A DNA stretch of 64,000 nt from Octopus vulgaris. Its lineage: Eukaryota. Shown one piece after another: positions 24,977-39,104 of the stretch (position 1 is the first letter of the stretch; each line of letters opens with the position of its first letter). The translations under genes were made by a program, and so were the position numbers. Under the pieces are notes generated by a model. It did not search any database. It saw only the letters and a program-made list of their open reading frames with translations, and was not told where the DNA came from. The DNA lies in the NCBI GenBank assembly GCA_951406725.2, contig OX597820.1, forward strand, positions 71,176,001 to 71,240,000, in the 5' to 3' direction.

Positions 24977-25125
24977 GTAAGCTTTGGACAGACAAAAGGT
25001 GCAGTAACATCAAAGGAAGGTTAACAGAGAAACTAACTTTTGTATGTGAAAGGTGCACAGGCATAGTAAATGCTGAACATGTACAGAAAATAGACTCCAC
25101 CAACTGTCAGGTTTGCAAGCTAGAA
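24972..25125 (+). mobile_element. RTE fragment covering the PHD-like finger
   Basis: [31 protein letters not shown], homologous to the 4681-5703 ORF. Confidence 0.8.
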
Positions 25126-25129
25126 TAAT

Positions 25130-25860
25130 GCAGGAGCCAGTCCTGATTTAATTAGACTTGAAGCTCCTAAATACTAGCAAGGCACAATATGTGTACAAAT
25201 GGTCCTAATACTATGAAACGTGATTCTTAAGTATGGATTAATTAATTATGAGATAATCAACTTGCGTAAATAACTAATTTAATTAGACTTTAAGCTCTAG
25301 TAATGAATCACATTGAATATTACTCATTAGACACAAGTGATACTTAAATGAAAACTTAAGAAAAAAAAACGGGTATGGAAAAACAAATTAAGAAGTTTTA
25401 ATTAGACACTTAATTAGGAATTAATTAGACTTTCTGCTCCAACGTCAATTTCTTCGCAGAATTGTTCACTAAACTCAACTGAATCTATTCATGTCACTTA
25501 AGAACCATTTTAGGTATGGATTTATAATTTAAGAAGCATTTTCTACTAATCACTATAGACTAATTAAGAGGAAACATACAGAAACACAGTTTTCAAGCTA
25601 CGTGATGAATGCAACATACAAACGTGTCTTAGACCCAGTTAACATGAAAGAAGAAATTAAGAAACATCCCAGGTATTGGAAGACAATAAGAACCCTTTTA
25701 ATTAGATTGTTAATTAGGTCTTAATTAGAGTCTCTGCTCTGGTGTAAATTTCTTCTCATAAGTATTTGGCTCATCAAACTGAATAGAATCATAGCATGTA
25801 AGAATCATTATAGCTATGGATTCCTAATTTAAGAAGCATTTTCACTTATTAATATATCCT
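25130..25860. repeat. Diverged ~300-bp direct repeat rich in TTAATTAG motifs
   Basis: 25371-25550 aligns with 25672-25850; ttaattag recurs many times. Confidence 0.7.
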
Positions 25861-26429
25861 CCTCTATTGAATATGGAAAAATACCTTTAACTGAAAAAAT
25901 GTTGATTTTTCATTGAATGGCATCGGAATCCTTCCTCCATTACTGATGCTGACCTCTGTCAACACATAATGCATATCACTTTCGTCCAATCAATTCTTTA
26001 CTCATATACATTCGCATTCAGATCATCAGAATACGAACACACCTGATATTCATCTTCCGCTAGTTAACACATTCAGTAAGGCATCAAAAATAAATTATCA
26101 TGGAGGACCATTTCTCACCTGGCGATCCTGGGCAACCTTCATGTTCCCCCGATCTCATCACCTCTCAAACTGATCCCCATGTAATCCCACCTGATTCAGC
26201 ATTGAATATTGGCGGGTCCCAGTCGGAAATTGCGGATGTACCCTCGGCCAGTCAGCCTCCCATTGTAAGTGATCGTTCATTACACTGTGTTATCCACAGC
26301 AGAAAATCTAAAGAGAGCACTGAAAGTGGACTGCTACTTCCGCTCTCAGAGCAGAAATGGTGATCTATCCAAAACGCCACATCAAAATGCTCAAGTGAAA
26401 TAAGATTCTGTACATCCATTTATTTACAT

Positions 26430-27420
26430 GCCATCAGTATGGGAGCCAGTCAGGTGGCACTGACAATGATCATGCTCGAACGGTGCTTTTCATGTGCCAC
26501 TGGCATGGGACCAGTCAGGTGGTACTGGCATTGACCATGCTCAAATAGTGCTTTTTAAGTGGGACCAGCATGGGTGCCAGTCAGGCAGTAATGACTTCAC
26601 TTGACACAACAGTTCTTCGTAAACACAGTTTATTGCCCAAAGATTGAAGGGCACTCCTAAATGGGTCGGTTATGCTGCACTGACATAGGTCATGATTACA
26701 GTCTCACATGGCTTGCCGAGTCTTCTCAAGCACAGCATATCTCTAAAGGTCACGCTTGCTCGTCATCATCTCCTTCAGGTCCAATGTTCAAAGGTTGTAC
26801 TTCATTACCTCATTTCAGCTCTTCTTAGGTCTACCTCTTCCACAGATTCCCTCTACTGTTAGGGCGTGACACTTTTTCACACAGCTGTCCTCATCCATAT
26901 GCAACATATGACCATACCAGTGCAGTCATCTCTCTTGCACACAATATCTAATGCTTCTCATGTCCAACTTTTCTCTAAAGGTGCTTAGACTGTTGTGTAT
27001 GCACACTGAAATTACACATCCAGTAGAGCATACTAGCTTCATTTCTTGTAAGCTCATGCATGTCCTGAGCAGTCACAGCCTATGTTTCACTGCCGTAAAG
27101 CATGGCTACTTGCACACATGTGACATACAGTCTACCTTTTACTCTGAGCAAGAGACTCTTTGTCACTGGCAGGCTATTCTTTACCCAGGCTATTCTTATC
27201 CTAGCAGCTACACTCTCAGAACATCAACCCCCACTACTGACTTGGTCACCTAGGTAACAGAAACTATCAACTACTTCTGGTTATTCCCCTCGGTATGTGA
27301 CGGAGACTGTTTTCTGCACATTTTCAGTGTTTATTGCTCCTGAACATTTACCAAAAACTATCTTCACAGTTAGCCTTCCTTTAATATTGCTGCAGCTCTT
27401 ATATGTCCATATCTTACACT
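26430..27420 (-). mobile_element. Older RTE LINE copy (same family as 3830-5703), frameshifted
   Basis: Colinear with 4600-5410 (ggtctacctcttccacag, atatgaccataccag, cctaggtaacagaaactatcaactacttct). Confidence 0.88.
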
Positions 27421-27458
27421 TACTACCAAACAAATCCTGTAAATGATCTCTCTCTCTA

Positions 27459-27513
<55 letters not shown>

Positions 27514-27558
27514 ATATCTATATCTATCTATATCTATATCTATATCTATATATATATA

Positions 27559-28260
27559 TCACTTTGATCACCTTCACTGACCAGTCCATCGGGCATCCAT
27601 TTGACACTGCTGGTCACAGCACACTGTCCACTCCTATCTGGATTGCGCCTTTCTCATCCACGTGATCCCAATCGCCCTCCTGAAATCGTAACTCCACCAT
27701 CGTGGAGGCCTTTCGAGTGGTCATTTCCGCTTGCCACTCGATGACTCGTTTCCGCTTGCCACTCGGGTACCACTCGATGACTGTGCAGGTCCACTGATTA
27801 TTGGTGAGCCGGGCAATGTGTCCAGCCCATCTAAACTTGCTGCGTGTATATTCTACGATGACATCCCTCACGCAGGACTACTCTCTGATGACCTCGCTAC
27901 TGATGTGCTCTCTCAACGAGATTCCAAGCATTGATCTCTCCATGGCTCTTTGAGCCATTACCAATCTTTGTGTGCTTGTGTTTGTCCTCCCACCATTGGT
28001 TGACATGACATCGGAGGTGTTAAAGTCAGGCAGAGAGCAGCTCTGGAAAATCCTCACCGAGCGATTCACAAACTATCTAGATGAGGGAAGAATTCCCTCA
28101 CAGTGGAAAGAGTCAAATACCATGCTGCTATATAAGAAGGGTGATAGAGAAGATCTAAAGAACTACCAACCCATATGCCTGCTGTCTCACGTATACAAGC
28201 TGTTCACAAAGATAATTCTGAACAGGTTGTCACGTCATCTCGATGAACAATAACCGAGGG
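27559..28260. mobile_element. Second RTE (BovB-like) family copy with internal inversion
   Basis: Minus 27559-27975: AQRAMERSMLGISLREH, FRWAGHIAR, EWYP and 3' tail. Plus about 28000-28260: IPSQWKESNTMLLYKKGDREDLKNYQPICLLSHVYKLFTKII. Confidence 0.88.
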
Positions 28261-28261
28261 A

Positions 28262-28791
28262 GCACCACCTTTAGTCAAACAAATCAACACCAGAACATAT
28301 TCATTGTAAGCCTCGTACTCAATCTATTGGTCTCTTTCACAGAACCACTAAGTTACAGGAACGTAAACACACCAACATCAGCTGTCAACCAATGGTGGGA
28401 GGACAAACACAGACAAACAAAAACACACACACACACACAGATATATATATATATATATATATATAGTGGTAAAAACGGTAAGATAACAAAAGAAAGAAAA
28501 AGACCTGAATATTATGTAAATAGAGGAAATTTATCTGTAAAATAATATGTGACAATTATTCGGTAGCCAAGATAAAACTCTGAGTTTCGGATGCCGAGGA
28601 GGAAATCCACATCACCATCTCTTCGGTTATCTGGCTTCTTTCAGTTTCCATCTACTAAATCCACTCACAAGACTTTAGTCGGCTCGAGGCTATAGTAGAA
28701 GACACTTGTGCAAGGTACCACGTAGTGGGATTGAATCCGGAACCATATGCTTGGTAAGCAAGCTACTTACCACCCAGCCACTCCTGTGCCT
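28262..28791 (-). mobile_element. CORE-type SINE (family A) with a Penelope-like piece in its internal microsatellite
   Basis: Head at 28791, core 28634-28780, 3' half 28262-28440. Confidence 0.85.
28570..28632 (-). ncRNA. Type I hammerhead candidate (U4C core variant) in insert 28465-28633
   Basis: Minus strand: agauaa-CCGAAGA-[~30-nt stem II region]-GAAA-cucagag-UU^-uuaucu; 6-bp stem I. Confidence 0.62.
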
Positions 28792-29475
28792 ATATATGTA
28801 TATATATTCTTATAACAGATAACAAAAGTGAAAACAATGAAACAAATTTGTTGCCTGGAAGTAAACTGAAGTCAACAATAAGATGTTTGAATCGAAAAAA
28901 AAAATACATAAAAGAGAAAAAAAAAAGAAATTCATGAAGACATTAATCCCATCATTCTTGTCTGCTATAAGACTGCAATGAGACATTGTTATCAATTTGT
29001 AGAATAATATATTTAAAAATTTTATTAAGATTGACTATAGTTTCAATCTGTCTTTGTTTTTTAAAAGTACTCAAATATCTAGGAATTATTAATATGGCTA
29101 TAAAGCTAGGCACTTCTAACGACCAAAGAAACTAGTTGATTACCAAATACATTCAATCAAAAAATATCTCGATACTCTCTAATAAAACTGAGTAATCATA
29201 ATCTGGAACAATAGTCAACCTTAATATTAAAAAAAAATATCTAAACAATTCAGTGACACATTTTTAGTACCGTTTACTTTGTTCATAAAGACAACTGACA
29301 AATACAATACAATAGAATGCCAATACAGCTGAGCAATTTTAACAACAAAAGAAGCTAGTTGATTATGGAACAACACATTCTCCCATATTCAATGATGAAT
29401 ATCCCAATACCCTCTAATAAGACTGAGTAATGGCTATAATGCAACAATAGCCAATCTTAACAAAATAAAAGAATC

Positions 29476-29570
29476 ATATATATGTGCATGTATGTGTGAA
29501 TGTGTGTGTTGTGTGTGTGCATATATACAGATATACACACATACATACAGATATATACACACATACATAC

Positions 29571-29613
<43 letters not shown>

Positions 29614-29718
29614 AATATATATACATATGTATATATATATATATGTATATACATATATATACATATGTATATATATATATGTGTATATACATATATATAC
29701 ATATATATATATATGTAT

Positions 29719-29751
<33 letters not shown>

Positions 29752-29758
29752 TATATAT

Positions 29759-29791
<33 letters not shown>

Positions 29792-29876
29792 CATATATAT
29801 ATACATACATACATATATATATATATATACATATATATATACATACATACATATATATATATATATACATATATAT

Positions 29877-29926
<50 letters not shown>

Positions 29927-30039
29927 GCATATATATACATATATGTAGAGATATATTCATACATATATATATATATATATATTTATATGTATACAAATAT
30001 GCATATATATATATATATATATTTATATGTATACAAATA

Positions 30040-30105
<66 letters not shown>

Positions 30106-30152
30106 GTGTGTGTATGTATATATATCTGTATGTATGTGTATGTTCATATATA

Positions 30153-30201
<49 letters not shown>

Positions 30202-30260
30202 TAGATATATAGATATATAGATAGATAGATAGATGGATATATAGATAGATATACAAATCT
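29476..30260. repeat. Compound TA/TACA/TAGA microsatellite
   Basis: Direct reading. Confidence 0.96.
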
Positions 30261-30596
30261 ATGGAAGCATATGTATGTCAGCATATGTATATCAGTATGC
30301 GTGTATGTGAGCAATATATTTGAGTATGTATGCTTGTATGTGTGTATGTGTGATTTATCTGTTCTTTGTTGCTGTAAAATTATTGGAAAATTTATTTTTT
30401 GATCTCAGTTTGAAGTGTTTTGATAAGAAAACATTCATTGATCATTTGATGTTTGTTTGTCTTTTATTCCTGGATTATATAGCATTGATTTCAAAAAAAA
30501 AAAAAATTTTCCTAACTAATACAATTTTGTGTGAAATGTCATTTTAAGTCTTCATAATTACCAGACCCCAAAAGATCTTCAATGTAACGCACTCAC

Positions 30597-30680
30597 TTTC
30601 AAACGTCCACGTTGAAGTTACAGTCATCATAACCTGTTTAAGTTGTCAGCCATGCATTGACAGAGTACACATACATAAAG
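30597..30680 (-). other. Candidate 84-nt spliced exon (stops in all frames)
   Basis: ttatttatccttttgcag| ... AAA|GTGAGT on the minus strand, in unique sequence. Confidence 0.45.
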
Positions 30681-30714
30681 CTGCAAAAGGATAAATAATA
30701 ATAGTAAAAATAAC

Positions 30715-30746
<32 letters not shown>

Positions 30747-30984
30747 TAAGATAAAAGATAGGAAAGAAAATTGAAAGACTTTTAAAAAACAATATCAAGA
30801 TAACATACAAAATTACTGCATCATCATTAATATTTCTTTACTTAGCAAAATAATCCAGCTTAACCTTAACAAATAAACTTCCTGCAGTAAAACACTAGCA
30901 TACATAAACTAATATATACTTTTACACACACATACACACATGTATGTATGTATGCATATGTATGTATATATACATATATATATA

Positions 30985-31308
<324 letters not shown>

Positions 31309-31314
31309 TATATA

Positions 31315-33320
<2,006 letters not shown>

Positions 33321-33950
33321 ATATAAATATACAGACACACACACACGTATATGTGTGTGTATGTGTACATATAATTAATATAATGTTGGAGGTGTTAAAT
33401 AGTTGCTCAATCTGCTAGAAGTAAGAGTGGAATCTTCCCCAAATCAAACCCCATTGTCTTGAATAGGGGCACATTAGATAAAGTAGTTGTAGCTCAGAAC
33501 ACATTAGATAATATGGTTCTAAATAAGACATTAGCTAATGTAGCTCTTAATAAAGTCTTATTAGATAAGGTAGTTTTTGAAAAGGAAACATTAGATCAAG
33601 GTCCCGGGAACAGGGGGGCAGCGGGTGCATCTGCATCCCTTGGAATTTTCAGGTGGTGCAAGATCAAAATTTGCCCCCTCTACATAATTTTACCAGTTTC
33701 AGAAAATAGTGTCTAAAAAGTTATCTGTATAAGATGCTTGAAGCTAGATTTCGTTTCAAAGCAAAAACAAAGAACAAAAATAAATAAATAAAAGTGATGA
33801 AGCTAAGCTTAAAATTCCCAAGTTGACTGACCAACCTCTGATGCAAAGTAGCCTCAAGTGAAAAAAAAATGATGTGACAACAACAACAGTAGCAGCAAAC
33901 AACAAGAACAATAGACATACATGACCAGCATCTACAGCTACTCTTCATAC

Positions 33951-34040
33951 TTGGTTTCTTGAAGACAGCTGTCCTCTTTGTAGTTGAGGTCGTTAAAGAC
34001 TGACGACATGCTTGAATGGATTCGACTGTTTGACCTCAGC
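33951..34040 (-). other. Candidate 90-nt exon, one open frame (LRSNSRIHSSMSSVFNDLNYKEDSCLQET)
   Basis: cttttatttttag| ... CAA|GTATGA on the minus strand; product not recognised. Confidence 0.4.
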
Positions 34041-34149
34041 CTAAAAATAAAAGTCCTTTTAAAATTCTTTCAGTCATATCGGTTTTCTCATATAGGCTGT
34101 TAGGTCCAAAGTTTGACAAGGGAACAAAATGATTTATTTTTATGTTTGA

Positions 34150-34527
34150 CTAGCATTATGACCCGGCGTTGCCGGGTCATAGTGTTAGTTTGGTAAAAGT
34201 TTGTTAAATTGAAAATTTGGGGTAATAAAACATACAATGACATATTAAAAATACGAATTAAAATTCCAGAGAAAAATACATAGAAGATAAATATACAAAT
34301 TTACAAAAATACATAAAAGTTATTCTACAGGCCGTTTCGGAGATATGATATTGCTGTGGGCTCGCCCTAGGCAAAAAGTTAAAATTTTTGCCTATGACAC
34401 TCCCCGGACCCTAAGTAAGGCATGTGTAAAATTTGAATGAAATTGGTTGTGTAGTTCTCAAGTTTTAGGGAAACACACAGACAGACAGACACACACACAC
34501 ACATTCTCAGTTTTATATATATAGAGA
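34150..34527 (-). mobile_element. Complete non-autonomous Helitron
   Basis: Minus strand A|TC...hairpin tatgacccggc-aac-gccgggtcata...CTAG|T; no TSD; (CAGA)/(CA) repeat near the 5' end. Confidence 0.88.
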
Positions 34528-34857
34528 TATTTAATGATCATTGTTAAATGCCTTGATATTTATTGCTCATTCGAAATACTAGTCCAGTTTAATAAAAAAA
34601 AAATTTAAAAAAGATTTTGAAAGGAAACATTCAACTATAAATGATTGCAGACCAACTCCGAAATTACCTAATTTGCGAAAAAATGTATTCGACAATTTCA
34701 GACTAATCTAAGGTCTCACATCGAGTTGACCCTATGTGTTTGATGGCGGCAGTCCTGGCAGAAAGGGTAGATGAGATAACAATATTTCATGCTTACGTTT
34801 CACAAAAGGCAAATTGGACCGGCCACACGGTACACCTGTTAATTCAAACAGAACAGG

Positions 34858-34995
34858 CTGTATTAGATTCGTGGTTGATCAGGTTAAAAAGACAGTTCTT
34901 TAGCTTTTTGTGGGAGGGCAGGTCGCCACTTGTGAAACGCTCTGCCTGCTGTCAAAAGACTTTAAAGGGAGGTTTAGGGATGCCTTGGTTAAGAA
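34858..34995 (+). mobile_element. Tx1/L1 ORF2 fragment
   Basis: LIRLKRQFFSFLWEGRSPLVKRSACCQKTLKGGLGMP (F.W...GGLG.P motif that follows the RT). Confidence 0.72.
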
Positions 34996-35322
34996 TTGTG
35001 CATGAGACGACAGCTACTTTTGAGAAATCTCGATTTGCGCATGAGAAAGTAAGGAGCGATGTCAGGAAGGGCATCCCTGTTGCACATCCTCACGGTAAGG
35101 GTCTTCCTATGATGCTGACATACAATGTCTGTGTAAGACCCTGCCTCAGTAAAGCTGCGCTCATGAGCCGTCATAAATTGAGACCGATGATTGACTACCA
35201 GGCCGCTGATTATTTAGCAGAAAAAAGCTGGGGATCATCCCAAAGTTTTAAAATATCTGTTTCAACACATTCCAACTGTATCTTCTACTCCCCCTCCAAA
35301 TACAACCCTCAATGAATTTTAG

Positions 35323-36305
35323 GGATCTTTTCTTTTTGAAGGCCAGATTTTCCTAGTTAACTAAAAAATTTGAAACTTCGTATACTGGTAGAATGTGTCA
35401 AAAGAAAACATTATTGTAAACAAAATTGAAAACAAAATTGTAATTCGTAACTTAAACGTAGTTTGATTTTAAGAATTTTAACCAATGAAATCGCAGTATT
35501 CAAGCTCAAATTATTTACCTCTTCTTCTGTCTTCTACATGTGCTAGAAATAACAGCTATATCTCTTAAATCGATTAATTTTGTCGCCCAATAAAAATATT
35601 AACGATATTTTTTGAATATTTTCTTTATTTTTTTTTACCGAAAAGGCTTCTCCCATGGTTTTGAAGGGCCAGAAACAACAAAAACAAAACAATAATATGT
35701 CTAAATCGGTCTCGAGTTTGTGCGTGTATTGTTAGTAGTATTGTAAAAATTTGCGAAATATTTTTTCATAAAAGGATGCCCCCAGCTTGTCGGAAGCTGT
35801 GATATAAATAGGGAAAAGAATCCTCGACACCAGTGCGTAATTGGTACTTAATTTATCGACCCCGAAACGATGAAACTTTGCCCCCCCCCCCTTCTGTGCA
35901 AATTTGTTGCGGCAAGTGGCAAAACACGAGCGTGTATTTTTGCTTGTGTGCGTATGTGTGTGTATGTATATGTTCGTTTGTATGTGTGTACGCTTATATA
36001 TTAATTACTATGTGCTTGTGCAAATGTGCGTGTGTGTGTGTGTGCGTATGTGTCGTGCGTCTGCTATATTTCTTTATCAATATCGATAACGCAGCAATAT
36101 TGGGATTTCATTGGTTAAAATTCGAAGATGTTGGGATTTCATTGGTTAAAATTCGTAAAAATTAAACTACGTTTAAGTTACAAATTACAATTTTGTTTTC
36201 AATTTTGTTTACAATAATGTTTTCTTTTGACACATTCTACCAGTATACGAAGTTTCAAATTTTTTAGTTAACTAGGAAAATCTGGCCTTCAAAAAGAAAA
36301 GATCC
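35323..36305. mobile_element. Non-autonomous DNA transposon with ~175-bp TIRs and 8-bp TSD
   Basis: GGATC...GATCC termini; TSD aattttag at 35315-35322 and 36306-36313; superfamily unresolved. Confidence 0.88.
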
Positions 36306-36309
36306 AATT

Positions 36310-38377
36310 TTAGGAATTTGCCCTTCTTGCTGATGATCTTGCAGCTTTCGCAGTTTTTCGTCCAATTGAACTCTTCCTTCGGGGCATGATCTAAAATAAG
36401 CATGATGAATGCAGTGAGATACACTGTTAAGTATTAAATATTAATAGAAGGGTTAGTATGTAAGTGTAGATAAGTTGCAAACTTGCAGCTGCTGCGGTAA
36501 TAAAGAACTGGTAGTAGAAAAGTAAATGTGTAAAATAAAATGATGTAACGAACTCAATGTGAGTGAATAGTTCTCTTGTACTTTCGGGGTACAAGAAAGC
36601 AATCACTAGCCGTTGCTTTAATAATCCAGAATTCTACCAGTCAGTAACAACAAGACGCAGACGTAATATATATATATACTACTTTATTCTCTTTCTTGGT
36701 AACAATAACAATAAGTGGTTATCTGATGTCCTTGGTTGGGGGCGCGCAAGGCTGAAAGTTAATCGATTGTAATATTTACAATATTCAGCCGCTAAAACCA
36801 GAACGGGTTCAAGATGGCGTCGAACAGGGAAGTTGAATGTGGTCGGCAACAATTTGGTTAAAGGCATTCGGCCGACTGCTGCTAGAATCAAGTCCTGGCG
36901 GAGAGAGAATATACGTGACCGTTGCCTTCGATAGCCATGTCTCAAAGTCCCCCTGACTGCTGCTAGTGGTCAAACGTTCTACGACCCCCCTGCCTCGCTA
37001 ACTACCACGTAGGCAAAAGGGTCGTGCTTCCGGTGGTTCGCGCATGCGCGAGAGGGCCCTTCCTTTCTCTGCCTTGGTAAAGGCACCAACACGCGCGAAA
37101 TACAAATGGACGGTGCGCGAGCGCGCGCCGTTGTAGGATCACTACAATGTCATCAAAATGAAAATGGAAGCAGTTGTGAAAGGCAAGGCGAGGGAAATGG
37201 TAAGAGCAACGGAGAAAGTGGTTATGAATTGCGTTGAGAATGTTGTGGTTTGTGTGGACATGAATTTTTGGGGGTGTTGTTTGTCGATGCATGGCTGCTC
37301 TGCCGTATAGATTGGATGGGAAAAGAGTTACTGAAAGAGAAATTGGATGAATTGCTTAGCTTTGTTTAGTGGTGTTCGTTGGGCAGAAACTGCCGTTGAT
37401 GCTGCATGTGAGTGTAGGGATAGTTATAGGTAAGTTGGTAGGTCTGCAGGCCCGCATTAAGGAAGACGCAAAAAAATATTGGTAAATTTTAATGCGTGGC
37501 AGCAGCGCGTGGTAGAAATAGCAGTGAAATGTTTCAGATTTCCTTAGTGAAACGCGTGCGGTTGCTTTTAGGGAAATTGATGCAATTTACAAATGAAAAA
37601 GGTTACGCACGGAATTCAACAAAATGAATAAATGTGCTTTAGTTAATCAGTATTGCTTTGATAGAACAATATTGTGAAAGAGAAGACGAGAGAAATGGTA
37701 ACAAGGAAAGGAGACAGGGATTATGAATTGCGTTCTGAATGTTGTTTGCCAGGACATGAATTTTGTCGTATTAATAAAAAAGCAGACAGCTAGAAGGATG
37801 AAGAAAGATAAGGTGTGGGGGCTAGAGGTAAAGTGGATGACAATATATTTTACTTGACAAGGTAGCATGTGGTTAATGTATGTTACCATCTTCCCTTGTC
37901 TCGTCGCGAGAAGTAAGTTCTGCCGTGGTAATGAAATGAGAATGCGATGTAAGGGGACAATGTTTTCGAGAATCTGGTTGGAATGTAAGGTAGGTCTGAA
38001 AGGGTTACCAACAGTTATTAGTAGCAGTGGTAGAGTGTTTATGAGGAATATGTATGTATGCATATATATATGTGTGTGTGTGTGCGCGCGCGCGCGCGTA
38101 TGTGTGTGTATGTGTGTGTGTGAGGTTAAAGGGAAAGTATCTCACATTGCAATAGAGAGATGTTATTGTTTCACTTTGGCACGTAATACTGATATAGTGT
38201 AGGAGATAAGAGATTGCTCTTATTAGCTTATGGCACTACATGGACTCTGAGTAAGGTATGTATAAAATTTGAATGAAATAGGTTGAGTAGTTCTCGAGTT
38301 TTAGGGATTCACATTGACTGACACACACAAATAGACAGACAAGCACACACACATTCTCATCTTTATATATATAGAGA
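36310..38377 (-). mobile_element. 5' region of a larger Helitron, including a RepHel-like start exon
   Basis: 38230-38377 is homologous to the Helitron 5' end 34390-34527; cttattttag|ATC ATG MPRRKSSIGRKTAKAARSSARRANS* at 36387-36310; diverged internal repeat 37172-37270 / 37670-37770. Confidence 0.55.
36730..37140. promoter_or_regulatory. CpG-rich, promoter-like segment
   Basis: Local excess of CGCG/GCGC in an otherwise CpG-poor window; caagatggcg (YY1-type) at about 36810; cgcgcatgcgcg (NRF1-type) at about 37039. Confidence 0.45.
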
Positions 38378-38464
38378 GAAATTATTAGATAAAATCACAG
38401 ACAAATTAGTATGTTGTAAGCATAAATATTTAGCAACTTAATATTTTTGAACATAAAAATTATT

Positions 38465-38622
38465 TAGTTCAAATTCCGCCGAGGTCGACTTTGCCTTTCA
38501 TCCTTTCGAGGTCGATAAATAAAAGTACCAGTTTCGCACTGGGTCGATGTAAGCGACTTAATCCCTTTGTCTGTTCTTGTTTGTCCTCTCTATGTTTAGC
38601 CCCTTGCGGGTAGTAAAGAAAT
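38465..38622 (+). mobile_element. Nin/Deu-type SINE, 5'-truncated
   Basis: gttcaaattccgccgaggtcgactttgcctttcatcctttcgaggtcgataaat...gtaaagaaata. Confidence 0.8.
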
Positions 38623-38636
38623 ATATATTGACTCCA

Positions 38637-38709
38637 GCCGAGACAGCACAGTTGGGAGAGCGTTAGACTGCAGATCTAAAGGTATTTGGTTCGCTTCCGA
38701 GTTTTAGAA
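38637..38709 (+). pseudogene. tRNA-Phe-derived pseudogene, anticodon now GCA
   Basis: GCCGAGACAGCACAGTTGGGAGAGCGTTAGACTGCAGATCTAAAGG follows metazoan tRNA-Phe(GAA); acceptor, D and T stems carry mismatches. Confidence 0.88.
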
Positions 38710-38840
38710 GTGTGTGCACGCTTGTTTATTTACGTTTTGTTTTTGTTTTTTACTTATTCAATAACGCTTTTCTTGTGTGTGTCTTTACAAGGACGATTGG
38801 ATCCATATACCTAACAGGATTTCCAATTATTCATGTACGT

Positions 38841-38875
<35 letters not shown>

Positions 38876-39104
38876 CGTGCGTGTGTGTGTGTGTGCGTGC
38901 GTGCGTGTGCGTGTGTGTGTGTGTGTGTAAACAGGAAAAATAGGATAAGCATTTTTTCTGAGTATAAATGGAAACAAAATCGACTTAGCCGTTCATCGTT
39001 GCGGGAAATATGAAATAAGAACAACTGATTGTACATTATCTACGCCATCAACACAGCTCTACTTTCATTTAGAAACAAATTAAAATAAACACATTATTGA
39101 CTTA

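Noticed and set aside
36813-36860. Plus-strand gene start at caagATGGCG
   Set aside because: Stops after 15 codons (MASNREVECGRQQFG*) with no convincing donor or downstream exons.
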